Source of the DNA: a virus
Taxonomy: Duplodnaviria > Caudoviricetes
Direction: 5' to 3' (one strand)
IMG/VR virus record: IMGVR_UViG_3300030012_002820
Span: 1-57,904 of that record
DNA length: 57,904 nt
Shown here: piece by piece, positions 47,812-57,807 of the stretch
Numbering within the stretch: position 1 is the stretch's first letter
Layout of the letters: each line of letters opens with the position of its first letter
Program-made: the position numbers and the translations under genes
Notes under the pieces: generated by a model
Seen by the model: the letters and a program-made list of their open reading frames with translations, nothing else
Told to the model about the DNA's origin: nothing
The model's database searches: none

Positions 47812-48594
47812 ATGTCATTAATAGACAGCACATTGTTTCCTGTAGAGGAAGTACCAATATTTAAAGATGTTGTTACACATTATCTTGGAACTCACGATAA
47901 AAATGGAAGAAGTGGATATAAATTTATAGTGAGAAAAGATACACGTCAAATACTTAGTGTTATGACTGATGATTATAAGCTTGTAACAAATAAACAAATC
48001 ATTGATGCAGCTGTTCCAACATTAAAGAAATTTGGTGCTGAAGTAAGAGAAGCAGTATCACTTGCAAATGGTCAAAGAACTGTTTATAAATGGATAATGC
48101 CAAAAGAGTTTATTAAAATAGATAGTAAAGATGTTATGAACCCTGAAATTATCATCAAAAATAGCTATGATGGTAGTTTACAAATTCATATATTAGCAGG
48201 TGCTTTTCGACTAGTTTGTTCTAATGGAATGATTATCGGTAAAACGATTAGCAATCATAATTACAAACACAATGTCGGAAATACTAGATTAGACAATCTA
48301 GAAGAGGTTATCAGCAAAGTCATTGCAAAAACAAAAGCTGAAGGAAGTAAGCTACCAAAGCTTAAAGACACAAAGCTAAATGAATTGCATATAATTGACT
48401 TAATAAAACTATTCCCTTCCACGATGTCCGAGTTTCTTACACAGTACTTAATTGCCAACAAGCCAAAAACATATTGGGATTTGTACAACGTAGCTACTTA
48501 TATATTAACTCATAGAATGAGCAGAAGATATACAACTACACATAAGTTAGAAGCTCAAATATATCCGTCAATTATAAAGTGGGCTAAAGCATAG
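47812..48594 (+). CDS. DUF932-family protein
   Basis: Y.LV.N, NSYDGS and FRLVCSNGM motifs. Confidence 0.82.
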   Translation: MSLIDSTLFPVEEVPIFKDVVTHYLGTHDKNGRSGYKFIVRKDTRQILSVMTDDYKLVTNKQIIDAAVPTLKKFGAEVREAVSLANGQRTVYKWIMPKEFIKIDSKDVMNPEIIIKNSYDGSLQIHILAGAFRLVCSNGMIIGKTISNHNYKHNVGNTRLDNLEEVISKVIAKTKAEGSKLPKLKDTKLNELHIIDLIKLFPSTMSEFLTQYLIANKPKTYWDLYNVATYILTHRMSRRYTTTHKLEAQIYPSIIKWAKA

Positions 48595-49422
48595 ATGACT
48601 TCTTTTAAATGGGCAGATTGTCCTGTTATTATACCTTATATGGGAGGTAAATATCAGTTAAGCAAAGTTTTGATACCTATGATTGCACAACATGATAGGT
48701 ACATAGAGGTATTTGCAGGCGGTCTGTCCATGTATATGCGTAAAGCAAATGCTAAACTAAGCATAGTAAATGATTATGATAGTGATATAGCTAATTTATA
48801 TCATGTAGTATGTGAAGACTATGACAGTTTTATAAAGTATTGCAGGCTTATACCTAAATCTAGACATTTATTTGAAGCATTTAAATTAGAATTAAAAGAA
48901 AAACATAAAACAAAAATACCTGATTACAAACGAGCAGTTAAATATTATTATTGTATTATGAACGCATTTAATAATAATTACAATAATCCTATGAGTAAAG
49001 AAAATGATTGGGATACAGGTGCGTTAGATTTTTTACACTATGGTAGAGAAAAACTATTAAGAACTGTTATAGAAAATTTTGATTTTAGAGAATTGCATAA
49101 AAGATACCCTGCAAAGAAAGGAGATTTTTGGTACTATGACCCTCCTTATGTTAGAGCAGGAGAACGTAAAGATTACTATTTCTTTGATTTTAATGAACAA
49201 GACCATGAAGAATTAGCTGAACTTGTTAAAACTATTGATAAAGCAGGAGCAAAGTTTATGGTTAGTTATGATGACAGAGATATAGTAATGGAGTTATACA
49301 AAGACTTTCTTATAACTAAAATACCTGTAAAGTATGCAGGTCAAGCTATTGGTGAAGATTATAAGAATGAAATTGTAATAACTAATTATGAACCTAATAA
49401 CCAACAAGTGAGTCTATTATGA
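48595..49422 (+). CDS. Dam/D12-family DNA adenine methyltransferase
   Basis: PYMGGK, EVFAGG, VND, DPPY and NEIVITNY motifs. Confidence 0.9.
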   Translation: MTSFKWADCPVIIPYMGGKYQLSKVLIPMIAQHDRYIEVFAGGLSMYMRKANAKLSIVNDYDSDIANLYHVVCEDYDSFIKYCRLIPKSRHLFEAFKLELKEKHKTKIPDYKRAVKYYYCIMNAFNNNYNNPMSKENDWDTGALDFLHYGREKLLRTVIENFDFRELHKRYPAKKGDFWYYDPPYVRAGERKDYYFFDFNEQDHEELAELVKTIDKAGAKFMVSYDDRDIVMELYKDFLITKIPVKYAGQAIGEDYKNEIVITNYEPNNQQVSLL

Positions 49423-50279
49423 GTTTAGTAAAACCCATAACAAGAAAATCATTTAAAATACGACCATCAGGTAGAAGTAGTGATTTTATATCACCTAGCT
49501 TTGGTTATGGTTGTTTACTTGAGTGTGCTTATTGTTATATGAAAAGACACATGCCAAAAGGTTTAAATTACGCAACTAATATAAATTCAATACTTGACGA
49601 GATACATAATCATTCTTTATTTGCATATGTAGACAAACCTAATCAAACAGACCCTAAGTATATAACTTACGATATTGCTTGTAACGAAGATTTTGCATTT
49701 CATAGTAAATTTTATGATTGGCAAAAAATATTTGAGTTTTTTGTTGAACATGAAAAAGCAAAAGCTACTTTTGCAACTAAAGTTATACCTGAAAAATTTC
49801 TAGAATTTAATCCACAAGAAAAAGTTAGAATCAGATTTAGTTTAATGCCACAACGTATTGCATCAATATTAGAACCAAACACACCTGATATTATAGACAG
49901 AATAAAAGCAATTAACACATTTAGAAAAGCAGGCTATGATGTTCACATTAATTATTCACCTGTTGTTTATTATAATGAATGGCTAGAAGATTATACTGAA
50001 TTATTTAATTTAGTAGACAGCATAGTTGATGACAAAGAAAATGTATTAGCAGAAGTAATATTCTTAACACATAACTACAATAAACATAAATACAATTTAG
50101 ATAATCATGAAGAAGCAGAGAAATTATTATGGAAGCCATCTATACAAGAAAATAAAACTTCTAACTATGGTGGTATGAATATTAGGTACAAAAGACAAAT
50201 TAAGTATAATCTTATAAATGATTTTAAAGATAGACATAATGCTATTGTGCCATGGAACAAAATAAGATATATATTTTAA
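49419..50279 (+). CDS. splB: spore photoproduct lyase-like radical SAM protein
   Basis: GCLLECAYCY (CxxxCxxC plus Tyr), DIACNED (SPL H-donor Cys position), ATK, RIRFSL. Confidence 0.75.
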   Translation: MSLVKPITRKSFKIRPSGRSSDFISPSFGYGCLLECAYCYMKRHMPKGLNYATNINSILDEIHNHSLFAYVDKPNQTDPKYITYDIACNEDFAFHSKFYDWQKIFEFFVEHEKAKATFATKVIPEKFLEFNPQEKVRIRFSLMPQRIASILEPNTPDIIDRIKAINTFRKAGYDVHINYSPVVYYNEWLEDYTELFNLVDSIVDDKENVLAEVIFLTHNYNKHKYNLDNHEEAEKLLWKPSIQENKTSNYGGMNIRYKRQIKYNLINDFKDRHNAIVPWNKIRYIF

Positions 50280-50289
50280 AGGAGGATAT

Positions 50290-51678
50290 ATGAGCGTAAA
50301 AGATTTTCCAAAATCTATAGAAGCAGAAGAAGCAGTCATAGGTTCTATTTTGTTAAAAGGCAATGATATATTTTCTAAATGCAATGGTTGGATTAGAAAT
50401 AGCAAAGCTTTTTATTCTTCTAATTTACGGATTATGTGGAAAGCTTGTGCAGTAATGCACAGAAATGGAGAAGCAATTGACACTGTTACACTTACACAAC
50501 ATTTAAGAGATAATAATCATATTACTAAAGATAGCACTTTAGATTTGTATTATATTACAGGATTAGCAGAATCAGTTCCATCAATAGCAAATGTAGAAAA
50601 TTATGCTAGGATTATATGGGAAAAATATATCAAGCGTGAAACTATTAAATCAGCACATAAATTGTATAGCGAAGGTTTAGACAATCAAGAAGATAAAGCA
50701 GAAGAAATGTTGTCAGCACATGCAAAGCTTATTAACGAATTACAAGAAATAGCACCTAGCAAAAAGAGAGATATTAGTGAAATTGTCAACGATACTGTAG
50801 AAACATTAAAGACAGGTAGCAATATAATACCATTTGGCTACAAACCTCTTGACAATATTGCAGGTGGCATGACTCGTAAAGAAATTACTGTCATTGGTGG
50901 TAGACCAGGTCATGGTAAGACCACTTTAACAACGAACTTAACCTTGAGTTTATTAAAGCAGGGTTATAAAGTTATGCTGTTTAATCGTGAGATGAGCAAC
51001 AGCGAGATGATGAAGAAGTTTTTTGTTATGAATAGCGATGGTTTATCTTATCAAGATTTGCGTGTTGGCGATATGGATGAAGGTAGAATACAAAATATTG
51101 AGATTATTGCTGATGATGTTAAAAAAGAATTAGATAATCTTATTATGTACGATGACATAAGAACTTTAGGAGATGCAATAAGAGAAATACAAAGAGAAAA
51201 ACCTGACGTAGTTATTGACGATTATATACAGCTAGTAAAAGTTAAGAATACAAATAATAAAGACAGACGTTTCGAGATAGAAGATATACTTACAGAATAC
51301 AAATGGGTTTGCAAAAAAGAAGATTGTAGTGCAATACTTGTATCACAGCTTAATCGTGAAATTGAGAAACGATTAGAACCTAGACCTAAAATGTCTGACT
51401 TTTCAGAAAGTGGTGCTATAGAGCAAACTGCAGAAACTGCATTATTTGTTTTCTATGGTTATAACTTTGATGACGAAAAATATGACAAACACGAAATAGA
51501 AGTTATTTGTGATAAAGCTCGTTATGGTAAAGTCGGAACTTACGTTATGGGATTTAATGGTAGTAAATGTAAGTTTTACAATAACGGAGAAGACGCTAGA
51601 AACCATGCAAAAGAATTACAATCAAAACATTTATCAACTATAAGCAAAGATAGAGTAATAGAGAAAGGGCTATTTTAA
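50290..51678 (+). CDS. dnaB: replicative DNA helicase
   Basis: P.SIEAEEAVIGSIL, GGRPGHGKT, DYIQL, SQLNR, SGAIEQ, KARYG. Confidence 0.95.
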   Translation: MSVKDFPKSIEAEEAVIGSILLKGNDIFSKCNGWIRNSKAFYSSNLRIMWKACAVMHRNGEAIDTVTLTQHLRDNNHITKDSTLDLYYITGLAESVPSIANVENYARIIWEKYIKRETIKSAHKLYSEGLDNQEDKAEEMLSAHAKLINELQEIAPSKKRDISEIVNDTVETLKTGSNIIPFGYKPLDNIAGGMTRKEITVIGGRPGHGKTTLTTNLTLSLLKQGYKVMLFNREMSNSEMMKKFFVMNSDGLSYQDLRVGDMDEGRIQNIEIIADDVKKELDNLIMYDDIRTLGDAIREIQREKPDVVIDDYIQLVKVKNTNNKDRRFEIEDILTEYKWVCKKEDCSAILVSQLNREIEKRLEPRPKMSDFSESGAIEQTAETALFVFYGYNFDDEKYDKHEIEVICDKARYGKVGTYVMGFNGSKCKFYNNGEDARNHAKELQSKHLSTISKDRVIEKGLF

Positions 51679-51875
51679 TGACACCAATAGAAACATCAAC
51701 TGCAACAATTAAAATGACAAGACAAGAAATAACTACAGTTATTAATACATTAGACTTTATTTGTAGTATAAATTTACCAATAGATAGTGAATTTTTAAAA
51801 CCATACGAAAAGCTAAAAACAGATTTAATGAAAATAGAAAAACAATTAATTGATGGCGAACAGCAAACAAGATGA
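51678..51875 (+). CDS. hypothetical protein
   Basis: Coupled ORF. Confidence 0.6.
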   Translation: MTPIETSTATIKMTRQEITTVINTLDFICSINLPIDSEFLKPYEKLKTDLMKIEKQLIDGEQQTR

Positions 51876-52318
51876 AATCAGTACATATTATAGGAATTGA
51901 CCCTGGCAAAAATGGTGGAATAGCTAGGGTCATTTTCACTAATAAATATATTTGGTCTGCTCATAAATGCCCTGAGGACATCAATTCAATGTCAGATATT
52001 CTTAAAACTTTTAAGAAATTCGCAATTAAACCTATATGTTATCTGGAAAAAGTACACGCATTTCCAACAGATGCAAGGAGTAGTGCGTTTAAATTTGGCA
52101 TGAACTTTGGAATATGGCAGGGCATTTTAGCAGCCTTAAAAATAGAAACCATTTTAGTTACACCTCAAGTTTGGCAAAAAGATTTGGAGTTATCTAAAAT
52201 AAAGCAAGAAAGGAAAAATGAATTGAAAAAAATTGCAACAAATGTAAGTGGTATTAAAGCAACTTTAAAAACTGCTGACGCATTATGTATAGCAAATTGG
52301 GGTTTACAAAATGTATAG
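51872..52318 (+). CDS. ruvC: RuvC-like Holliday junction resolvase
   Basis: IIGIDPG..GGIA, LEKV, AFKFG...G, P..W.K, ADALCIA. Confidence 0.82.
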   Translation: MKSVHIIGIDPGKNGGIARVIFTNKYIWSAHKCPEDINSMSDILKTFKKFAIKPICYLEKVHAFPTDARSSAFKFGMNFGIWQGILAALKIETILVTPQVWQKDLELSKIKQERKNELKKIATNVSGIKATLKTADALCIANWGLQNV

Positions 52319-52565
52319 TGTAGGTCTTCCTCAAATTGAAGAAAAGGTTTGTATTGGAAATGAATTTTATGGAATTAATGTACTAGTAATTACAACAACT
52401 GACTCTTATAATCATACTCGTGTACAAAAAGAATCAAGAATTAAACTATATCCTGTTGAACTAGAATACTCACATTTTTATAAATATAAAATAGAGTTTG
52501 GTATTAGAATTTTTGGAAAACGTATTAATATAGGATTAGAGTATGGAAAATCGGAAAAATATTAA
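52311..52565 (+). CDS. hypothetical protein
   Basis: Coupled ORF. Confidence 0.55.
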   Translation: MYSVGLPQIEEKVCIGNEFYGINVLVITTTDSYNHTRVQKESRIKLYPVELEYSHFYKYKIEFGIRIFGKRINIGLEYGKSEKY

Positions 52566-52668
52566 AGATAGATTAAAACAAATATTAGATGGATTTATAA
52601 TCGTACAAAAAAATATCAATCATCTCATAGATGAAACGAAACAACTGCTAAAAAGGATTGACAATTAA
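52543..52668 (+). CDS. 41-aa coiled-coil peptide, last early-arm gene (not in ORF track)
   Basis: AGGA RBS; MENRKNIKDRLKQILDG...; ends 8 nt from the convergent gene. Confidence 0.5.
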   Translation: MENRKNIKDRLKQILDGFIIVQKNINHLIDETKQLLKRIDN

Positions 52669-52675
52669 ACAGTAG

Positions 52676-55600
52676 CTACTCATCCTCGGTTAGTAACTCA
52701 TAACCTGTTACTCCTAATTGCAGTACATAGCTGAGTAAAACGGGCAGTAGTAGAAATTTAAGGGCGTTGCCTATTTCTCCTAGTGCCCCATCAGCTTCTT
52801 CATCATCATTCATAGCAAGAATAGAAGTCCAAAGACCCATTCTAAAAGCAAATCCTAAAGCAGGACTTTCAGCACTTCTTATCATTCCAAAACCTGTACT
52901 ACCTGTATTTCTTAACATTCTTCCCAAAAAAGGAACAACACTTATTAAACTTCCAACAGCACTTGCCATAACTCTTGTAAATAAAAACCTTGCCATAGCT
53001 ATAGCTTCATGGTCAACATTTTTTGCTTTAGGGTCATATTTTTTATTTTTATCTTGAACAACAGATTGTTTAACTATACTACCAATAGCATTTGCTATTC
53101 TTACCATACCATCAGCAGCACTATTATTTCCATCAGTAAATTTTTTAAATGTTTGCCAATCATAAATACTTTGTAAAGTTGGATATTGCTTATATTGAAA
53201 TATTAATCTACCAAATCCATTAAAACCTTCACCAAGATACATAGGAGTCATACCAAATTGAGTATTATATACAGCATCTCTTCCAATTTTTTTAGCTAAT
53301 TTACTATTTAAATCTTGAAAATCTCCATTTTGCAAATCTTCCATTGTTCCAGGCAATATTCCTCTTTTTTGTGCATCTATTAAAGCCATTAATACAGTCA
53401 TACTTCTTAGTGTTTTTTCACCTTCTGTAAAAGTAAATATTTCTTTTCCTGGTCCACCTATTTCATCAAACCACCAACTTAATTTCCAAGTTACCCATTT
53501 TTTTATTTTAGCTTCAGTCATATTACCCATTAAAGCTCTAACTCTATTTTCAACCATTTCATAACTTTGGTCTTTTGTTAACCCATAAAAATCAAATAAA
53601 GCTCCTCTTTTTTCTGCTAATGCTGCTTTATCAATTTTACCTTTAAGTTTTCTTAGTTCCTGTAATTCTCTTATAGATGCTCTAGTCGCTCCTTGTTGCC
53701 TCATTTCCATTTTTATTAAAAACTCATCAGCCCAATCAGCTCCTTCTTTAACAAATTTTTCTCTACCTGCTTTACCTGCTTTTAATAAATCACGAAATTG
53801 TTTTAATTGAATAGGGTTTGGAGTACTTCCAAAAAATGGTACAAACAAAAAATCATTCCATTTTGCATCACCATCTATATTCATTATATCTGAAAATTGA
53901 TTTAAAACATTTAATACACCTGTATTTTCAACAATTTTATCCATCTGTGTTCTAAATTTTTGTCTTAATTTATAAGCATCTAAAGCAGTACCAAAACCTA
54001 CTTGTATAATTTCGTTAACAATTTGTGTTTGGTTCCCTAATGCAGGTTCAGCACCTAAATATCTTATTGTTGATGGAGTTGTAAACCATTTTGTCATTCT
54101 TTCTGCTGATTGTGCATCATGTGTAACCCCACCTCTCATCCAATTTGGTAAACTATTCATCCATTTAGCTGTTTGTTCATATCCTGTTTTCCCACCATAA
54201 AAAGTCATAGCTCTAGTATCAGAATCACCCATAGCTAATTTAATTCTATTAGATAAATATTCTATTGTACCTCCAGGAGTTTTTACATCTTCTAATACAC
54301 TAATTGCTTTTAAAGTCTCTACTATAACTTGATTTCTATGTATGTTTCTATACATATGATTTAAATAATCTTTATATATACCTGCGTCTTTTCTCCTACC
54401 TACTTGATTTGTCCAACCCGTTATATGTTTTAAATATGGGTTAGCCAACATATCTACCATAGCACTTCCATCTCTATTTTCACCCATTGAAGCAAGTATG
54501 CTAACTAAATTTTGTTTTCCTTCTGTAAGTCTAGCTATTCTATTTTCATCTTTTGTTTCTTCTGTTAGCTTAGTATCAATAGCTTCTATTTGTTTCATCA
54601 ATTGTTCTTGTATAGCAGGATAACTATATAAGTGAGGAACATAATTTTCTTTTTTCATTTTAGCATAAGTAGTAGATGTTCTTAACTCTCCTGTGCTTTC
54701 ATCAAACCAAACTCTACTTTCAACACCACCTATATCTATAATTTTTTTTATTTTAGTAGATATTTCTTCCTCACTTAAACCTGCTCTTCGATATTTTGAT
54801 ATTAATTTATTTTGTAATTTTTGTCTTTCGTTTTCTATTTTTCTTGCTTTATATGAAGCATCATCATAAACAAGTTTTAATTGTTTTCTAATTTCTGATA
54901 CTAAAGACCATACAGATTCCATCAATTCTTTTGGTGGCTGATTTTCTATTTTTTCAAAATTAACATATTGTTTAGTATGTGTTCCATCTATAGGGTCGCC
55001 TTTTTTATATTTTTTACCAGTTTTAGGTGCTATCCTTCTTCCAAAATCATTTATTTCTGTAGACCTATAGTATACTCCATCTTGACCTTCTTCTCTTCCA
55101 AATACTTTATCTACTTCTGCTTGTGTATAATCTTGTGATGTTGATTCTACTTCACCATCTATAAGTTTTATTGTTTTGCCTATATAATTTAGTCTTGTTC
55201 CTTCTACAGGTGTACCCATATCTCCTAATTGAACTTTATCTATTAAGTAAGCTTTATAACTTTCTACTTCTGAAGCTGCTCCTGATTCAGTTCTAATATT
55301 AGCACCTTCACCTTGCTTAATCATTACATATCTATATTTAAATTGTTTTAATCCATCTGTTCTTACTATAGTGTGAATACCTGCTACTCTATTTCCATTT
55401 GAATCTTCATCTTCACTTACTGTAGAATCTTTTGATTTAAACATTTCATATATTTTACGTTTTAAAAAAAGATAATCACTATCTTTCTCTTTTGGTGAAA
55501 TATTAGTTATAGGCTTTACACCTGCTTCATCTTCAATTGTATCTATTTTTTTATTTATAACAGAAGGTACAATTAATCTAGTTTGACCATCTAATATTTC

Positions 55601-56500
55601 ATTAGGAAGTTCATCTCTATATAAACCAATAATAGCTCTTTCTATATCATTATCACTTGCGTTTACTTCTTCTCTTGGTACATTTTTTATAGTTCCATCA
55701 CTGTATTTTACTTTATAATGCTGTACATTGTTAATAATAGTTTCTCCAACCAAAACAACATCTTCATCGCTATCTACTAACCTAAATGGTACATAATTCT
55801 CTTCACTTAAACCCCAAATAGAAACATTATTTAAATTAAATCTTGAACCCATGCTTCTAATTGCTGATGTCCAACCATTAGTAAAATTTTCACGAGCATT
55901 TGATATAGGAGTAGAATATTTACTTGTAATAGAAATATCTCTATCGCTTAATCTTAAAGCTTTGTTAATAAGGGCTTGTATAATACCATATTTATCTGCT
56001 TTTGTAGCAACAAATTCAGGAGGAGAGCCCCAAATATCTATTGCTGGAATCTTACCACTTTTAAGCCATTTTTCTCTTTGCCTTATTCGTCTTACTACAA
56101 GTTTTTGTGTTGCTTTAGCAGTACGCTGACCTTGTCTTATTGTTATAGGATTTATTTCTCCTCGTAAATTTTTAGCAAAACTTAAATTCCAATCTTGTGC
56201 CATTTGAGTTGGTGTTGTTATTTCAGGACTGTAGTTTATTTCTCTTCCTGTTTGCAACATATCTCCAACAAGTGTATCAAACAGCTCACTATGTTCTTTA
56301 TATTGCAATTGTGCCATTTTTAATTTTCTTTTATTGGCTAAAGTCTTACTTTGGTTGTAAGCTTTTTGAGCAGCTTTTACAATACCCAAAGATTTATAAC
56401 CAATTAAATCAGCAACAGCATTATTACATTCAGCTCTCCAACGATTTATATGCATAGCGTCATGAACAGAAGCTGCGGTCATAGCTTTTTTACAACTCAT
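52676..56500 (-). CDS. large internal virion/ejection protein, 1274 aa
   Basis: ATGA-coupled to the giant protein; NYVPH, NTQF...LIFQYKQYP and hydrophobic C-terminal helices. Confidence 0.65.
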   Translation of the reverse strand: MSCKKAMTAASVHDAMHINRWRAECNNAVADLIGYKSLGIVKAAQKAYNQSKTLANKRKLKMAQLQYKEHSELFDTLVGDMLQTGREINYSPEITTPTQMAQDWNLSFAKNLRGEINPITIRQGQRTAKATQKLVVRRIRQREKWLKSGKIPAIDIWGSPPEFVATKADKYGIIQALINKALRLSDRDISITSKYSTPISNARENFTNGWTSAIRSMGSRFNLNNVSIWGLSEENYVPFRLVDSDEDVVLVGETIINNVQHYKVKYSDGTIKNVPREEVNASDNDIERAIIGLYRDELPNEILDGQTRLIVPSVINKKIDTIEDEAGVKPITNISPKEKDSDYLFLKRKIYEMFKSKDSTVSEDEDSNGNRVAGIHTIVRTDGLKQFKYRYVMIKQGEGANIRTESGAASEVESYKAYLIDKVQLGDMGTPVEGTRLNYIGKTIKLIDGEVESTSQDYTQAEVDKVFGREEGQDGVYYRSTEINDFGRRIAPKTGKKYKKGDPIDGTHTKQYVNFEKIENQPPKELMESVWSLVSEIRKQLKLVYDDASYKARKIENERQKLQNKLISKYRRAGLSEEEISTKIKKIIDIGGVESRVWFDESTGELRTSTTYAKMKKENYVPHLYSYPAIQEQLMKQIEAIDTKLTEETKDENRIARLTEGKQNLVSILASMGENRDGSAMVDMLANPYLKHITGWTNQVGRRKDAGIYKDYLNHMYRNIHRNQVIVETLKAISVLEDVKTPGGTIEYLSNRIKLAMGDSDTRAMTFYGGKTGYEQTAKWMNSLPNWMRGGVTHDAQSAERMTKWFTTPSTIRYLGAEPALGNQTQIVNEIIQVGFGTALDAYKLRQKFRTQMDKIVENTGVLNVLNQFSDIMNIDGDAKWNDFLFVPFFGSTPNPIQLKQFRDLLKAGKAGREKFVKEGADWADEFLIKMEMRQQGATRASIRELQELRKLKGKIDKAALAEKRGALFDFYGLTKDQSYEMVENRVRALMGNMTEAKIKKWVTWKLSWWFDEIGGPGKEIFTFTEGEKTLRSMTVLMALIDAQKRGILPGTMEDLQNGDFQDLNSKLAKKIGRDAVYNTQFGMTPMYLGEGFNGFGRLIFQYKQYPTLQSIYDWQTFKKFTDGNNSAADGMVRIANAIGSIVKQSVVQDKNKKYDPKAKNVDHEAIAMARFLFTRVMASAVGSLISVVPFLGRMLRNTGSTGFGMIRSAESPALGFAFRMGLWTSILAMNDDEEADGALGEIGNALKFLLLPVLLSYVLQLGVTGYELLTEDE

Positions 56501-57807
56501 GAGTTCACCAAACAGACATCTATATTTTTAACTTCATCATACTTTTGATATGTTTTTACAATATTCTTAACTATTTTAAAATATTCTTTTTCTTGTCTAC
56601 TTTTTTGTGCAGTTTGCTCAATGCCTTGAAAGCTTTGTTTTCTTAAATTGTTTTCAAACATAGGTAAATATTGTGCTACAACTTTATCATTCATCAATGA
56701 TAATGGTGGTAATTTTAATACATGAACATCATTATCAAAGCCTCTTAACATTCTGAATGTAGCCCATATTTGTGAATTTTCTGATAGTTTATTCCATTGC
56801 TCTTGGAATCTTTCTGTAAAAGCAATTACTTCATCATTTAAATCAGATTGTACATTCTCTGTTTTTCCTTGTTTACCAAGATTCTGTTTTAATGCCATCC
56901 AGCTATCTTTAAAATTACTTGACTCTGTATTAAATTCTTTTTTACCAAATAAAAATTCATGAGCTGCAACATAATCTTTTTTATTTTTACCAACTATAAA
57001 ATCTCCCCAAAATGGAAAATTAGTAGCATTATCTATTAATTCTTCCATAGCTAATGTATGAGCATTTCTTTTTGCTCCAACATTTCTGCTAATTTGATAA
57101 AATTCTATATCTTTCATTTTTTGACCAAGAGACAGCATTAATTCTTCAGCAGGACTTATAATGTTTTTCATTGTCAATCTGTCTCCATAAAACTCACCAT
57201 GTGTTTTTGGATTGTATTTAGGATTTGTTTTATTGCTGTCTTTATAAGACATATCTTCTCTAAACTTATCAGCATAGTCTTGACTTTTAGAAAGCTTACC
57301 ATTTTCATCAAAATGTCTATCATTTAATTGTATACTTTGAGATACATTTCTATCAAAACTCGCAGCTCTTCCTGCTTTATTATCAAGGTCAGTTCCTGCT
57401 CTTCTTTTACTAATATTTTGCCCTGCATAAACAAGACTTAACATAGCAGTCATTTTAGAAGCACTTTTCTTACCTATATTATTAGGGTCATATAGTTTTT
57501 TATTACTAACACTCCCATCTTTGTTTGCTATTTCAAATATTCTTGTTAACATAAAATCAAAAGCAGGTATATTAGATTCATCTAAAATTTTACCAAGAAC
57601 ATCATATTTGCCTGAATCTACAGCCATTTGGAATAGAGTAGATATTTCATGGTTAACTGTTGTTTGTAAATACACAGCACCATCAAAAGATAAATCAACA
57701 ACATTACCTTTTGAATCAACTATATTATCACCATTTTGTAAAATTTCATTGTACAATTCGTTACTATCTTTTTTTAGATTATTTTTATCTAATGGATAAT
57801 AGTCCAT
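56497..57807 (-). CDS. C-terminal 436 aa of the 2,678-aa RNA polymerase polyprotein (not a separate gene)
   Basis: In frame with 1-6728 across the join (...KDPNATVV|MDYYPLDK...). Confidence 0.88.
   Translation of the reverse strand: MDYYPLDKNNLKKDSNELYNEILQNGDNIVDSKGNVVDLSFDGAVYLQTTVNHEISTLFQMAVDSGKYDVLGKILDESNIPAFDFMLTRIFEIANKDGSVSNKKLYDPNNIGKKSASKMTAMLSLVYAGQNISKRRAGTDLDNKAGRAASFDRNVSQSIQLNDRHFDENGKLSKSQDYADKFREDMSYKDSNKTNPKYNPKTHGEFYGDRLTMKNIISPAEELMLSLGQKMKDIEFYQISRNVGAKRNAHTLAMEELIDNATNFPFWGDFIVGKNKKDYVAAHEFLFGKKEFNTESSNFKDSWMALKQNLGKQGKTENVQSDLNDEVIAFTERFQEQWNKLSENSQIWATFRMLRGFDNDVHVLKLPPLSLMNDKVVAQYLPMFENNLRKQSFQGIEQTAQKSRQEKEYFKIVKNIVKTYQKYDEVKNIDVCLVNS

Noticed and set aside
56497-57807. 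436-aa ORF as an independent gene
   Set aside because: It is in frame with 1-6728 through the circular join; the ATG is an internal Met.
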